A stretch of DNA of 64,000 bases from Niabella sp. (GTDB taxonomy: Bacteria; Bacteroidota; Bacteroidia; Chitinophagales; Chitinophagaceae): positions 11,201 to 75,200 of the forward strand of contig JASGDI010000051.1 of NCBI GenBank assembly GCA_049841335.1, in the 5' to 3' direction. Below are positions 18,443 through 28,642 of the stretch, in pieces (position 1 is the first letter of the stretch; each line of letters begins with the position of its first letter). The position numbers and the translations under genes are program-made. The notes beneath the pieces were generated by a model that was not told the origin of the DNA, did no database searches, and saw nothing but the letters and a program-made list of their open reading frames with translations.

Positions 18443-19960
18443 CTATGGCTCTCTTCTGCGCCAGGGACTGCGGTTCTGCAAAGCCTGAATAACAGGCCTG
18501 ATATCCGGTGAGGGTTTCAATATCAATATACCCACAGCAAATAGTATCAAAGCAAAAATACTGCGCATGAATAAACCGGGTAACCCGCTCCAATTGTCAA
18601 ATAATAACCAGGTGATCATATATACCACCAAAGCAATATTAAGCATGTAAACCGATTTGGGTGTAAAAGGGAACAGCCTGTGTTTTTTCCATAAAAAAAC
18701 AATACGGAAGGCATTATAAATAGTAGTGGATATCAGCCCCGCAATGGTAGGCCCAAGAATATCAAATTGTTTGGCAAGTACGTAACTGAGAGGCAGCATA
18801 CACCCCATTAATACCAGGCCGCTATAAAGCTCAAACCGCCAGAAATTTGAAGTACCGATAATTTGTGAATTAACACCGCTGCCTAAGTCAATAACCCTGG
18901 TAAGACCCAAAAAAATAAAGGGAATAAAACCCAGCAAATAATCCTGGTTTATATTAAAAGTGATCACGGCATCTTTATAATTTAATGCAATCAGCACAAA
19001 CAAAACACAGGCAATTACAAGTAAATTGATGGAAGACCGCTGATAAATAGTTTGGATCTTTTCTATTTGCTTGTTCTTCCAGGCTATTGACAAATGCGGT
19101 ATGGTGGCTGCAATTACACTACGTTGCGGTGCTTGTATAATACCCGTCATTAATTGCGCCAGAGAAAAAATAGCCGCTTTTTCCAGGCCATTGGGCAGCA
19201 CAGACGCTATAACTATGGTATCGAATATCGCCGACAGGTTAAAAACAATACCGGCGCCAAAAACAAACAGGCAAAAACCTGCAATTTTTTTCAGGAATTT
19301 TTTAGTTACCACGCTCACCCTGAACGTGAGATGTATTTTCCGGGCCACTACCAGGTAAGTGAGCAGTGTAATAAACAGCAGGAAATAGGAGAGTGAAAAC
19401 AGGATAACAAAAGTGTCAAAACTCTTAATAAGGCCAAAGGAAAACAAAACAACAAGAATAGTAATAAAACACCGCCACTCCAATTCTTTCATAAATGTTG
19501 TAAGAACAGATTGCTGCAACACCCATCCGTAGGCTTCCAGCACATTATACAAAATAAGGCCAAATACAAAAGGGAACAGCCACTGGTAATACTGAACAAA
19601 AAGGCCTGAGTTGGAGCCAAATTTCTGTATTACCAGTCCCTTAAAAAGCCAGCCGCCAGCAGCTACCAGCACGCACCCTAAAAAGCTGATCAGCAACGCC
19701 CAGCTGATCTGGTCGTTTTTTTCTGCCGGCAGCCTGTCCCGGTAATAAGGAAAGAATTTATGTATATAGCCCGGCATTGCCAGGTTGCCCAGCGAAGCTA
19801 AAAAGGCACCTGCAGCAATAAAAATATTATACAGTCCATACTGGTCTGTAGAGAAAGCACCGTTTCTTGTGAAGAAGTAAACATTAACGAATCCTATCAG
19901 GAATCCGCTATATATAATAAGCGAAGAAATAATACTTTGCCGCCTGATTTTTGAACTCAT
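18443..19960 (-). CDS. Polysaccharide/oligosaccharide flippase (Wzx/MOP superfamily)
   Basis: A 505-aa protein with about 12-14 TM helices. The length and topology are typical of polysaccharide biosynthesis flippases. Confidence 0.65.
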   Translation of the reverse strand: MSSKIRRQSIISSLIIYSGFLIGFVNVYFFTRNGAFSTDQYGLYNIFIAAGAFLASLGNLAMPGYIHKFFPYYRDRLPAEKNDQISWALLISFLGCVLVAAGGWLFKGLVIQKFGSNSGLFVQYYQWLFPFVFGLILYNVLEAYGWVLQQSVLTTFMKELEWRCFITILVVLFSFGLIKSFDTFVILFSLSYFLLFITLLTYLVVARKIHLTFRVSVVTKKFLKKIAGFCLFVFGAGIVFNLSAIFDTIVIASVLPNGLEKAAIFSLAQLMTGIIQAPQRSVIAATIPHLSIAWKNKQIEKIQTIYQRSSINLLVIACVLFVLIALNYKDAVITFNINQDYLLGFIPFIFLGLTRVIDLGSGVNSQIIGTSNFWRFELYSGLVLMGCMLPLSYVLAKQFDILGPTIAGLISTTIYNAFRIVFLWKKHRLFPFTPKSVYMLNIALVVYMITWLLFDNWSGLPGLFMRSIFALILFAVGILILKPSPDIRPVIQALQNRSPWRRREP

Positions 19961-20017
19961 TTTGTTTACGGTCTATTGTTTAATGCAATAAACCCTCTCA
20001 AACATAGAACATTTTGG

Positions 20018-21409
20018 CTATTTAATCTCTTCCTTTATATCCTCCATCAGCCTGTGGGCAATATTATTGGCCTTGCTCTCAAAATCACTTTCAGAATAAA
20101 TGCGGATGATAGGTTCTGTATTAGAGGTACGCAGATGCACCCAGTCATTATCAAATTCTATTTTTAACCCGTCCTCATCATTGATCGGGTTCTTGGCGTA
20201 TTTCTTTTTAATGCTCTTAAAAACAGATTTTACATCAATGCTGCTGTCCAGCTCAATTTTATTCTTGCTGATAAAATAATCCGGATACTGGCGGCGTAAA
20301 GACTTGATGCTGCCTTTCTGAGTGGCCAGGTGAGAAAGGAACAAAGCAATCCCAATCAGCGCGTCCCTGCCATAATGAAAATCAGGCACAATAATGCCTC
20401 CGTTGCCCTCTCCCCCAATAACAGCATCATGCGCTTTCATTTTTGCAACCACATTTACCTCACCTACAGCCGAAGGGAAATATTCACCGCCTCTTTTAAT
20501 GGTGATTTCCTTAAGCGCTTTGGTGCTGCTCATATTACTTACAGTATTGCCCTTACGTTTGGAGAGCATATAATCGGCAACAGCCACCAGCGTATATTCC
20601 TCGCCAAACATGCTGCCATCTTCGCATACAAAACAAAGCCTGTCCACATCAGGATCTACTGCAATGCCCAGATCCGCCTTTTCTTTAACAACAGCATTGC
20701 TTAATTCAGTAAGGTGATGCGGTAAAGGCTCGGGGTTGTGGGCAAAATTCCCGGTAACTTCCTTATTTAATACCACTACTTTTTCTACGCCAAGCGCATT
20801 CAACAGCGCCGGAACAAAAGTAGCTCCGGTAGAATTGATCGCATCTACCACCACTTTAAAACCCCTGGCAGCAATAGCTTCTTTATTTACCAGCGGATAA
20901 TCAAGAATGGCATCAATATGCTTCTCCATATAAGAATCGTTCGTTGTTACCTTTCCCAACTTATCTACCCCCACAAAATCAAAATCCTCTGCTTCGGCAA
21001 TTTTCAATAACTCCTGACCAGTTCCGGCAGCAATAAATTCTCCTTTCTCATTCAGCAGCTTCAGCGCGTTCCATTCCTTAGGGTTGTGACTGGCAGTGAG
21101 AATAATACCCCCATCAGCCTTTTCCATAGGAACGGCAATTTCTACGGTAGGCGTGGTGCTTAACCCCAGGTCAACTACTTCAATACCCATTGCAGAAAGG
21201 GTAGATTGAACCAGGTTGCTTACCATTGCGCCACTGATACGGCCATCACGGCCAATTACTACTTTAACTTTTTTGTCTTTACCGGCGTTTTTTTTCAGTA
21301 TAGCACCATAAGCAGCAGTAAATTTCACTACATCAACAGGAGAAAGCGTAGAACCGGTCTTTCCACCTATGGTTCCCCGAATCCCGGATATACTTTTAAT
21401 AAGAGGCAT
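20018..21409 (-). CDS. glmM: Phosphoglucosamine mutase (alpha-D-phosphohexomutase family)
   Basis: Motifs are SGIRGTIGG, the active-site TASHNP, and the metal loop AVDPDVDR. Confidence 0.85.
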   Translation of the reverse strand: MPLIKSISGIRGTIGGKTGSTLSPVDVVKFTAAYGAILKKNAGKDKKVKVVIGRDGRISGAMVSNLVQSTLSAMGIEVVDLGLSTTPTVEIAVPMEKADGGIILTASHNPKEWNALKLLNEKGEFIAAGTGQELLKIAEAEDFDFVGVDKLGKVTTNDSYMEKHIDAILDYPLVNKEAIAARGFKVVVDAINSTGATFVPALLNALGVEKVVVLNKEVTGNFAHNPEPLPHHLTELSNAVVKEKADLGIAVDPDVDRLCFVCEDGSMFGEEYTLVAVADYMLSKRKGNTVSNMSSTKALKEITIKRGGEYFPSAVGEVNVVAKMKAHDAVIGGEGNGGIIVPDFHYGRDALIGIALFLSHLATQKGSIKSLRRQYPDYFISKNKIELDSSIDVKSVFKSIKKKYAKNPINDEDGLKIEFDNDWVHLRTSNTEPIIRIYSESDFESKANNIAHRLMEDIKEEIK

Positions 21410-21438
21410 ATTGTTTTGATAAGTTTTGTTTAGGGGTG

Positions 21439-21446
21439 CAAATTTA
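21439..21446 (-). promoter_or_regulatory. -7 box TAaaTTTG for glmM
   Basis: Plus-strand caaattta is TAAATTTG on the minus strand, about 30 nt upstream of the ATG at 21409. Confidence 0.45.
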
Positions 21447-21480
21447 CGATGCTATGACCGAATTATTGGCTTTGTGGAAA

Positions 21481-21535
21481 AGAAAGTAGGAAAAGACGGA
21501 AAGTCAGAAAGTTGGGGGTCAGAAGACGGAATTTT
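21481..21535. repeat. Word-stutter intergenic element, family 1 copy
   Basis: The sequence is agaaagtaggaaaagacggaaagtcagaaagttgggggtcagaagacggaa. The 13-mer ggggtcagaagac (21515-21527) is identical to 53535-53547. Confidence 0.6.
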
Positions 21536-21668
21536 GTTCTATCGGTTACAAAAAGAATGAAAAACAGCGCTGTTAATGTGGTCTTATAAGCCATATGTTA
21601 TTCTGCGTAAAAGAACCCAGTTTGTAAACAAAATACAGGTGAATTAACAATACTTTTAGGCTAAGCAA

Positions 21669-21745
21669 CATACATCGTACGCCTTATATCGCACATCTTA
21701 TATTGTACATCTTATATCGTACACCGTACATCTTAAACATATTAT
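21669..21745. repeat. Degenerate 14-nt tandem repeat (ACATCTTATATyGT)
   Basis: acatcttatattgt (21693-21706) and acatcttatatcgt (21707-21720) are adjacent. Partial copies flank them (acatcgtacgccttatatcgc, acaccgt, acatcttaaacat). Confidence 0.7.
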
Positions 21746-21758
21746 CACATTTGTTAAC

Positions 21759-21766
21759 TACTTTTG
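21759..21766 (+). promoter_or_regulatory. -7 box TActTTTG for metG
   Basis: tacttttg lies 30 nt upstream of the ATG at 21796. Confidence 0.5.
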
Positions 21767-21795
21767 CAGGCTAAATAAAAGCATTTTTACAGGTT

Positions 21796-23907
21796 ATGAG
21801 TGAGTTTAACAGGGTTTTGGTTACGGCAGCGTTGCCTTATGCAAACGGACCAATCCATATCGGGCATTTGGCGGGTTGTTATATACCGGCGGATATTTAT
21901 GTACGTTACCAGCGTGCGCAAAAAAGAGATGTAAAGTTTGTGGGTGGCAGTGATGAGCATGGTGTGCCCATTACTATTCGTGCCATGAACGAAGGAATAA
22001 CACCGCAGCAGGTAGTGGATAAATACCACGAGCAAATAAAGCATAGCATGGAGCAAATGGGTATCTCGTTTGATATCTATTCCAGAACCACCAGCCCCGT
22101 ACACCATAAAACGGCTTCTGATTTCTTCAAAAAACTATATGATGATGGCTTGTTTGAAGAAAGAGAGAGTGAGCAATATTATGATGAAAAGGCCAATATG
22201 TTCCTGGCCGATCGTTATATCACAGGAGAATGTCCTGTGTGCCATAATCCCAATGCCTATGGTGACCAGTGCGAAAAATGCGGCAGTTCATTATCACCGG
22301 AACAGTTGATCCAGCCACGAAGCACATTGAGCGATGCAGTACCGGTAAAAAAGAAAACCAAACACTGGTATTTTCCTTTACAGAACTACGAGAACTTTCT
22401 GAAAAAATGGATATTAGAAGAGCATACTGAATGGAAAAACAATGTATTCGGCCAATGTAAAAGCTGGCTGGATAACGGCCTGCAGAGCCGTGCTATGACA
22501 CGCGACAGTAATTGGGGCATTAAAGTGCCTTTACCCGATACGGAAGGAAAAGTGCTGTATGTATGGTTTGATGCGCCTATCGGTTATATTTCTGCTACTA
22601 AAGAACTTACCGATAACTGGGCAGATTACTGGTGTAAGGAAGATACCAAGCTGGTGCATTTTATTGGTAAGGATAATATCGTTTTTCACTGTATTATTTT
22701 TCCCGCCATGCTGAAAGCGCACGGAGATTTTGTACTGCCCGACAATGTACCTGCCAACGAGTTTTTGAATATTGAGGGCGATAAAGTTTCTACGAGCCGT
22801 AACTGGGCGGTGTGGGTACATGAGTATATTAAAGATTTCCCGGGCTGTGAAGATGTATTGCGCTATGTGCTTTGCGCCAATGCACCGGAGAATAAGGACA
22901 ACGATTTTACCTGGAAGGATTTCCAGGACAGGAATAATAATGAGCTGGCATCCATTTTCGGGAATTTTGTGAACCGCAGTTTTGTGCTGATGCACAAATT
23001 ATGCGGCGGTAAAGTTCCTAAGCTGCATACAGATATCCTGGATGAAAAGGATAAGCTGATCATTGCTGATATTGAAGCGTCAAAAGCAAAAGTGCAAACC
23101 GCGCTGGAGCATTACCGCTTCAGAGATGCGCTGTACGAAGTAATTGACCTGAGCCGCAAAGGCAATAAATACATGCAGGAAAAAGAGCCGTGGATAGTGG
23201 CTAAAAAACTGGCCCAGGATCCCGAAGCTCAGAAAAGTATTGACAACTGCCTGCACTTATGTTTACAGTTAACTGCCAACCTGGCTATTTTGATCAACCC
23301 CTTCCTTCCGGCAACGGCTAAGAAATTATTACACATGATGAAAGTGGTGGATAAAATGCTGGATTGGGACAATGCCGGTAAAATAAATCTTTTGAGTGTA
23401 GGTTACAGCTTGCGCGCGCCCGAAATCTTGTTCAGGAAAATTGAAGATGCAGAGATAGAAGCGCAGATACAAAAGCTGAAGGCAGGAAGCATTAAGCCTG
23501 ATGCTGAAAGCCAGAAGCTTAATGCAGAAGGCAAAATGCCGGAAGCGCAAAGCCTTTCACCTTTAGCTTCGGATATTAAGCCCTCTATACAATTTGACGA
23601 TTTTTCAAAAATAGACCTGCGTACCGGCACGGTGCTGTCTGCCGAAAAAGTGGAAAAAGCAGATAAATTATTAAAGCTGGAAATTGACCTGGGTTTTGAA
23701 AAAAGAACGATCGTTTCGGGAATAGCGCTTCATTTTCAGCCGGAAAGCATTGTTGGAAAAAGGGTGGTAGTGGTAGCGAACCTGGCACCCAGAAAAATGC
23801 GGGGCATTGAAAGCAACGGCATGATACTGATGGCAGAAGATGCAGATGGAAAGCTGAAGTTTGTAAGCAGCGATGAGGCAGTGGCCAATGGCAGTCAGGT
23901 AAGTTAA
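21796..23907 (+). CDS. metG: Methionine--tRNA ligase with C-terminal tRNA-binding (EMAPII-like) domain
   Basis: Motifs are [11 protein letters not shown] (HIGH), the zinc knuckles [18 protein letters not shown], and KVSTSRN (KMSKS-type). The C-terminus reads [27 protein letters not shown]. Confidence 0.95.
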   Translation: MSEFNRVLVTAALPYANGPIHIGHLAGCYIPADIYVRYQRAQKRDVKFVGGSDEHGVPITIRAMNEGITPQQVVDKYHEQIKHSMEQMGISFDIYSRTTSPVHHKTASDFFKKLYDDGLFEERESEQYYDEKANMFLADRYITGECPVCHNPNAYGDQCEKCGSSLSPEQLIQPRSTLSDAVPVKKKTKHWYFPLQNYENFLKKWILEEHTEWKNNVFGQCKSWLDNGLQSRAMTRDSNWGIKVPLPDTEGKVLYVWFDAPIGYISATKELTDNWADYWCKEDTKLVHFIGKDNIVFHCIIFPAMLKAHGDFVLPDNVPANEFLNIEGDKVSTSRNWAVWVHEYIKDFPGCEDVLRYVLCANAPENKDNDFTWKDFQDRNNNELASIFGNFVNRSFVLMHKLCGGKVPKLHTDILDEKDKLIIADIEASKAKVQTALEHYRFRDALYEVIDLSRKGNKYMQEKEPWIVAKKLAQDPEAQKSIDNCLHLCLQLTANLAILINPFLPATAKKLLHMMKVVDKMLDWDNAGKINLLSVGYSLRAPEILFRKIEDAEIEAQIQKLKAGSIKPDAESQKLNAEGKMPEAQSLSPLASDIKPSIQFDDFSKIDLRTGTVLSAEKVEKADKLLKLEIDLGFEKRTIVSGIALHFQPESIVGKRVVVVANLAPRKMRGIESNGMILMAEDADGKLKFVSSDEAVANGSQVS

Positions 23908-23930
23908 AATAAGATAAAAGTTTATGTTTG

Positions 23931-23962
23931 AAAGGCCGGTATTTTTTATCCGGCCTTTTGTG
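23931..23962 (+). terminator. Rho-independent terminator after metG
   Basis: The stem is aaaggccgg(23931-39)/ccggccttt(23950-58), followed by a T-rich tail. Confidence 0.7.
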
Positions 23963-24013
23963 TATTTTTAATCAGCATATAAATTTTGACTGTCTGTAAA
24001 CAATATCCGTCGC

Positions 24014-27000
24014 TTGAAAAAAAAGATCAATTTACGGGAGCTGAAGCTGAGGCGTTTGCGCTTTAAAAGGTTTACCTATCGTACCGGTCTTATACTATTC
24101 GGGATCATTGCTACCGCTATACTTGCATTTAACTTCTGGTTTATAGATCATGCCGAAGAAGCGCTGGAGCAGATCGTTTATACACAGTCAAAAGGAAAGC
24201 TAAAGCTAAAAGTAGGCAAGTTCAGATTCAACTGGATCAAAAATAAGATAGAGCTTGAAAATGCCTCTATTTTTACTACTGATTCCACTATAGCCACAAG
24301 CTATTCCGTTAACACAAAGTATATCCATATTAAAGCCCGGGGCTTCCTGCCTTTGCTTTTTAACAGGGAGATCCTGATAGATTCCATCAGGCTTCAATCG
24401 CCCCGCGTGGCATTTACCAGGAATATTGCACGCGTTAAGAACAAAGCAGATAAAGACACTTCAAACAGTAATTTTTCGGTAGCAGAGGAAATGGGCCGTA
24501 TATCAAAATCCATTACAGATGCGATCAATGTGCTGCATATTGACAAATTCAGGTTAGAGAACGGGAGCTTTTCCCTGATAGATAATACCAAAAATGAGAA
24601 GCCTTTTGCGGTAAGTAATATTTATATACAGTTAGACAATTTACAATTCGATTCAACCCAGGCAGGCAAAAAGGGAAAAGAAAAGATCTCGTTTACAGAT
24701 AATATTGCAATAAGAACTTTTAACCAGAGCCTGGTTTTCCCCGGCGGCAGACACTTTATCGCGTTTAAAGATTTCAGAGTAAACCTGGCCAGCCAGCGGG
24801 TGGAATTTGACAGCTGTACGTTACGTGCTGTAAAAGGAGACAGCTCCAAAACCTCTTTCAGGATATTCTTTGACAAACTGCAGCTCACTAATATCAATTT
24901 CGATTCCCTGTACAGTGCCGAAACGATCATTGCCGATTCGGTATTCTGCAACCGTCCGCAAATTTTCCTGGATATAGACAGCGACCAGAAAACAGCTAAA
25001 AAACAAAAAAATACCGAAGAAAAGAAAGCGGGTGTTGAACGTGTAGATGCCGTTATACAGCAGTTGCTGGGCGATATGATACTCAATTACGTAGGAGTGA
25101 AAAATGCAGATATTGACGTGAGTACGATAAAAAAAGCCAGGGCCAGCACTTTTTCATCGCGCAATAATAATTTTGAGATATATGGACTGGCCGTGCGTCA
25201 GGATGAGGAACGCCCCATCCACCTGGATAAGTTCGTCATGACCCTGCACAATTTTGAGAATGTATTGAACGACGGGCGCTACAGGATTGCTTTTGACAGT
25301 ATCGGATTTGAAGACGATGTTATTAACCTGAATAAATTTTCCTTTAAAGAGTACGATAAAGGCCGCACTGTTAAAATCCTGGCCATGCCCAGCTTCAGGG
25401 TACGTGGGCTTTCGTGGGAATCACTTTTATATGACAACATTTTTTCGGCTCAAAGCGCCGAATTTTTCAGGCCTGTGGTTGATTATACTACAAACGGGAA
25501 AAAGAAAAGAAAACGTTCAAAAAACCTTTTTGAAACGCTTAATAGTATTGATGATGTGATGGATTTGAAAAATCTCCGGATACATGAAGGCGATATAGTG
25601 TTCCGGTTTAGCAGCGGGGCTACTCTTAACCTGTCTAACACCAACCTTGATTTGCGGGCCAACGATCTGACCAGCGCCGATAAGATTAAGAGCGTACAGC
25701 GCTCTGTAAATGTGCTGAGCTTTGATAAAGGCGTCTTCAAAAGAAATGACCTTGTAGCTCATCTTAATAAAGTGGAGCTGTCAGAAAATAAAAGTGGCTT
25801 AAAAGCCGAAGGCATGTCTTTGCAATCCAATAATATTAAGGCCAATGCCACTAATATACACCTGGGAGATATTATATTAGACAGTGCCCGCCAGAGCCTC
25901 ACAGTAAACGGCGTAAGCTGGAGCAGGGCAAACATTACAGCGAATCAAGCAAACGCTGCCAGGCAGCATAAAGAAGATAAGGCTCGTAAAGCAAAAACTT
26001 CACTTATCTTAAGAAATATAAAAGGGGATCATACTGATATTAACCTTACGATCAAACAAAATAAACTAACCGGTTACTTCAATACCATAATTGTAAATGA
26101 ATTTGTCAACCCTGCGGCAGATAAGCCTGAAATAAAAGGGCTGCGCTTTGATGGCAGGGATTTTTCATTCTCCAGCTCTGACATACGCGCCTCCATTGCC
26201 GAAATGGATATTACAGATAAAAATAACAGCGTACTGAAAGATATCCGGTTTGAGAAGCTAAATCCAATAGACTCTATCATTGCGGCTGTTCCCAGGCTTA
26301 CGATTATCCCCAATATTACAGAAATAGCGGCAGGGAACCTTACTTTACAGGGTATCGTACTTACAGACCCTGTAGTTACTGCTAAGCTGGGAAAAAAAGA
26401 AAAGGCAGCACAGGATACAAAGAAAAAGGAAACAGCAGTAAACATTGGTTCAGCGCTTTTTGAAAGACCCGATATTAAGCTTACGCTCATTAATAAAGAT
26501 GATGCTGCAAGCTATATCAACTGGGATGGGGTTCAGCTAAACAGTTATCTTAAAATTACTAATTTAGAATCTGCCCCGGAGGTGCCTGTTAAAGCAGACC
26601 AGGTAAAAATGTTCCTTACCAATTTTGAGTTTATCAGCGCAAAAGGCAAAAGAACTGCCACTAATGATAATAAACTGAATCTTGAGTTCAACGATGTGCT
26701 GGTGAAAAAAAATGACCAGGGCAAACCGGACTGGCAAACCAGTTTGAACATTCTTTCTTTGGATAAGATGGCTTTTGACAGTCTCGGTAAAAACAATTCG
26801 GTGCTGGAATTAGATAAAGGTGATGTGCGTAATATTGCTTTAAGCTCAAAGTTTATTCAAAGCCCGGTAGATATTCTCATCAACAGTGATAAGCTGCATA
26901 TAAATGGCACCAACGGAACATTTTCTACAGGGAAAAACACTTTGCAATGGTACGGGTTCACCGTAAAGGATAAGGTATTAGGCATGGACTCATTGAGTTT

Positions 27001-27925
27001 CGAGCCCAAGCAACCTGTTGAAGCATACAGGATCGCCAAGGCCTTTAATGAAGATTATTTAAAAATACACACCGGCAAAATCACCGGCGGACCTGTTGAC
27101 CTGGAAAAATACAGCCAGGACAGCATTTTGAGCATTGGCCGTATAGAACTGAATGATATAAACCTGTTTACATTCAAAGACAAAACACAACCGGATACGG
27201 TTATCAAATATAAGCCGCTCCCTGCTGAAATGTTACGAAAGCTCAAAGGCAGCCTTGGCATTGACAGTGTACGCATCAATAACATGCACGTTACCTATTG
27301 GGAGATCAACCCCAACACCGATACCTTAGGCATTATCCCGGTAGATAACCTGAACGTGCTGATAAGCAATATCAGGAATTATGATATCAAGCCCACGGAT
27401 AGTATTTATATACTTGCAACAGCAGATGTATTGGGCAGCCTGAATACAACGCTTGATGTAGCGCAGTCTTACGCAGACACCACAGGTTATATGCGCATGA
27501 ACCTTGCTACAGGCCCAATGGATCTTACAAAATTTAATACGGTGTTGGTACCGCTGGCAGGCGCTAAGGTTTTTGACGGTAGCCTGAGAAGCCTGAGCGT
27601 AAATGCTGTTGGTAATAACGATGCAGCAGTGGGTGCTGCATACATGAATTACAGGTATCTGAAGGTGGGTTTGCTTAACAAGAAAGACTTGCCCAACCAA
27701 ACCTTTATGAACAGGCTGGTGAGTGGGCTGGCTATGACATTCATTGTGCGTAAAAACAACAGAGGTAAAGAATCACTTGTTTTCTTTGAGCGCTGGCAGG
27801 AGAAATCGGCTATCAACTATATTATCAAAACCACGCTTGAAGGTATTAAATCAAGTATTGGCCTGCCGGGAGCCAAAAAGAAGCTGCGCAAGTATAATAA
27901 GAAGGCAATGCATCATCCGAAGTAG
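24014..27925 (+). CDS. Large membrane-anchored envelope protein, AsmA/TamB-like (assignment tentative)
   Basis: A 1303-aa ORF with a TTG start in the ORF track and no in-frame ATG nearby. It has an N-terminal basic stretch and one TM helix (LILFGIIATAILAFNFWFI). The rest is a long K/N-rich soluble region. The architecture resembles AsmA-like proteins, but I have no diagnostic motif. Confidence 0.45.
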   Translation: MKKKINLRELKLRRLRFKRFTYRTGLILFGIIATAILAFNFWFIDHAEEALEQIVYTQSKGKLKLKVGKFRFNWIKNKIELENASIFTTDSTIATSYSVNTKYIHIKARGFLPLLFNREILIDSIRLQSPRVAFTRNIARVKNKADKDTSNSNFSVAEEMGRISKSITDAINVLHIDKFRLENGSFSLIDNTKNEKPFAVSNIYIQLDNLQFDSTQAGKKGKEKISFTDNIAIRTFNQSLVFPGGRHFIAFKDFRVNLASQRVEFDSCTLRAVKGDSSKTSFRIFFDKLQLTNINFDSLYSAETIIADSVFCNRPQIFLDIDSDQKTAKKQKNTEEKKAGVERVDAVIQQLLGDMILNYVGVKNADIDVSTIKKARASTFSSRNNNFEIYGLAVRQDEERPIHLDKFVMTLHNFENVLNDGRYRIAFDSIGFEDDVINLNKFSFKEYDKGRTVKILAMPSFRVRGLSWESLLYDNIFSAQSAEFFRPVVDYTTNGKKKRKRSKNLFETLNSIDDVMDLKNLRIHEGDIVFRFSSGATLNLSNTNLDLRANDLTSADKIKSVQRSVNVLSFDKGVFKRNDLVAHLNKVELSENKSGLKAEGMSLQSNNIKANATNIHLGDIILDSARQSLTVNGVSWSRANITANQANAARQHKEDKARKAKTSLILRNIKGDHTDINLTIKQNKLTGYFNTIIVNEFVNPAADKPEIKGLRFDGRDFSFSSSDIRASIAEMDITDKNNSVLKDIRFEKLNPIDSIIAAVPRLTIIPNITEIAAGNLTLQGIVLTDPVVTAKLGKKEKAAQDTKKKETAVNIGSALFERPDIKLTLINKDDAASYINWDGVQLNSYLKITNLESAPEVPVKADQVKMFLTNFEFISAKGKRTATNDNKLNLEFNDVLVKKNDQGKPDWQTSLNILSLDKMAFDSLGKNNSVLELDKGDVRNIALSSKFIQSPVDILINSDKLHINGTNGTFSTGKNTLQWYGFTVKDKVLGMDSLSFEPKQPVEAYRIAKAFNEDYLKIHTGKITGGPVDLEKYSQDSILSIGRIELNDINLFTFKDKTQPDTVIKYKPLPAEMLRKLKGSLGIDSVRINNMHVTYWEINPNTDTLGIIPVDNLNVLISNIRNYDIKPTDSIYILATADVLGSLNTTLDVAQSYADTTGYMRMNLATGPMDLTKFNTVLVPLAGAKVFDGSLRSLSVNAVGNNDAAVGAAYMNYRYLKVGLLNKKDLPNQTFMNRLVSGLAMTFIVRKNNRGKESLVFFERWQEKSAINYIIKTTLEGIKSSIGLPGAKKKLRKYNKKAMHHPK

Positions 27926-27985
27926 TAATAAGCCTAGCACATAACTTGATAAAATATAGCTTATTCATTCAATCCACAATACAAA

Positions 27986-28438
27986 ATGCCATTCAATACA
28001 TTACCTGATGATTTTTATGAAAACAACTATTTATTCTCTTACGATAAATCAAAAATTCAAATAGCTGTAGTTTATAAATACCTGAGTGAAGAAAGTTACT
28101 GGGCACAGCGTATTCCCCTGGCCATAGTAGAACGTTCCATTCAAAACGCGATATGTTTAGGCATATATGATAGCCAGGGTGCGCAAATTGGTTTCGGACG
28201 TATGATAACCGACCAGGCCGTTTTTGCTTACCTGGCCGATGTTTTTATACTGAAACCCCACCGGGGAAAAGGACTGTCTAAAACAATGGTACGGGCTTTC
28301 TGCAGCCTGGCAGAAAGTTTTGAGGTACGGAGATTGATGCTTGCCACACAAGATGCACATGGACTTTATGCGCAGTACGGCTTTGAGCCGCTTTCCCATC
28401 CTGAAAGAATAATGAACAAAAAAGGTATTACCTACTAA
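27986..28438 (+). CDS. GNAT-family N-acetyltransferase
   Basis: A 150-aa protein with the acetyl-CoA motif HRGKGLSKTMV and YAQYGFEP near the C-terminus. Confidence 0.8.
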   Translation: MPFNTLPDDFYENNYLFSYDKSKIQIAVVYKYLSEESYWAQRIPLAIVERSIQNAICLGIYDSQGAQIGFGRMITDQAVFAYLADVFILKPHRGKGLSKTMVRAFCSLAESFEVRRLMLATQDAHGLYAQYGFEPLSHPERIMNKKGITY

Positions 28439-28607
28439 ACGGTTGCAATTTTGCTCTTGCCGGTATTTTCACTGGCAAGTCATTGTCATAAAAAATTTTC
28501 GCTTTCAAAATATTTTATTCCCTTCCTTAATGCCCTCACTTAAAAAATTCTGGCTTTATAGCCGCGTAATAATGACCAGAATCATAGATCGCCGACTTTT
28601 TGTTCCT

Positions 28608-28615
28608 TAACTTTG
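28608..28615 (+). promoter_or_regulatory. -7 box TAacTTTG for the cysteine desulfurase gene
   Basis: taactttg lies 27 nt upstream of the ATG at 28643. Confidence 0.45.
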
Positions 28616-28642
28616 CGCCTCGTATTTAGCTCATACCCTGTT

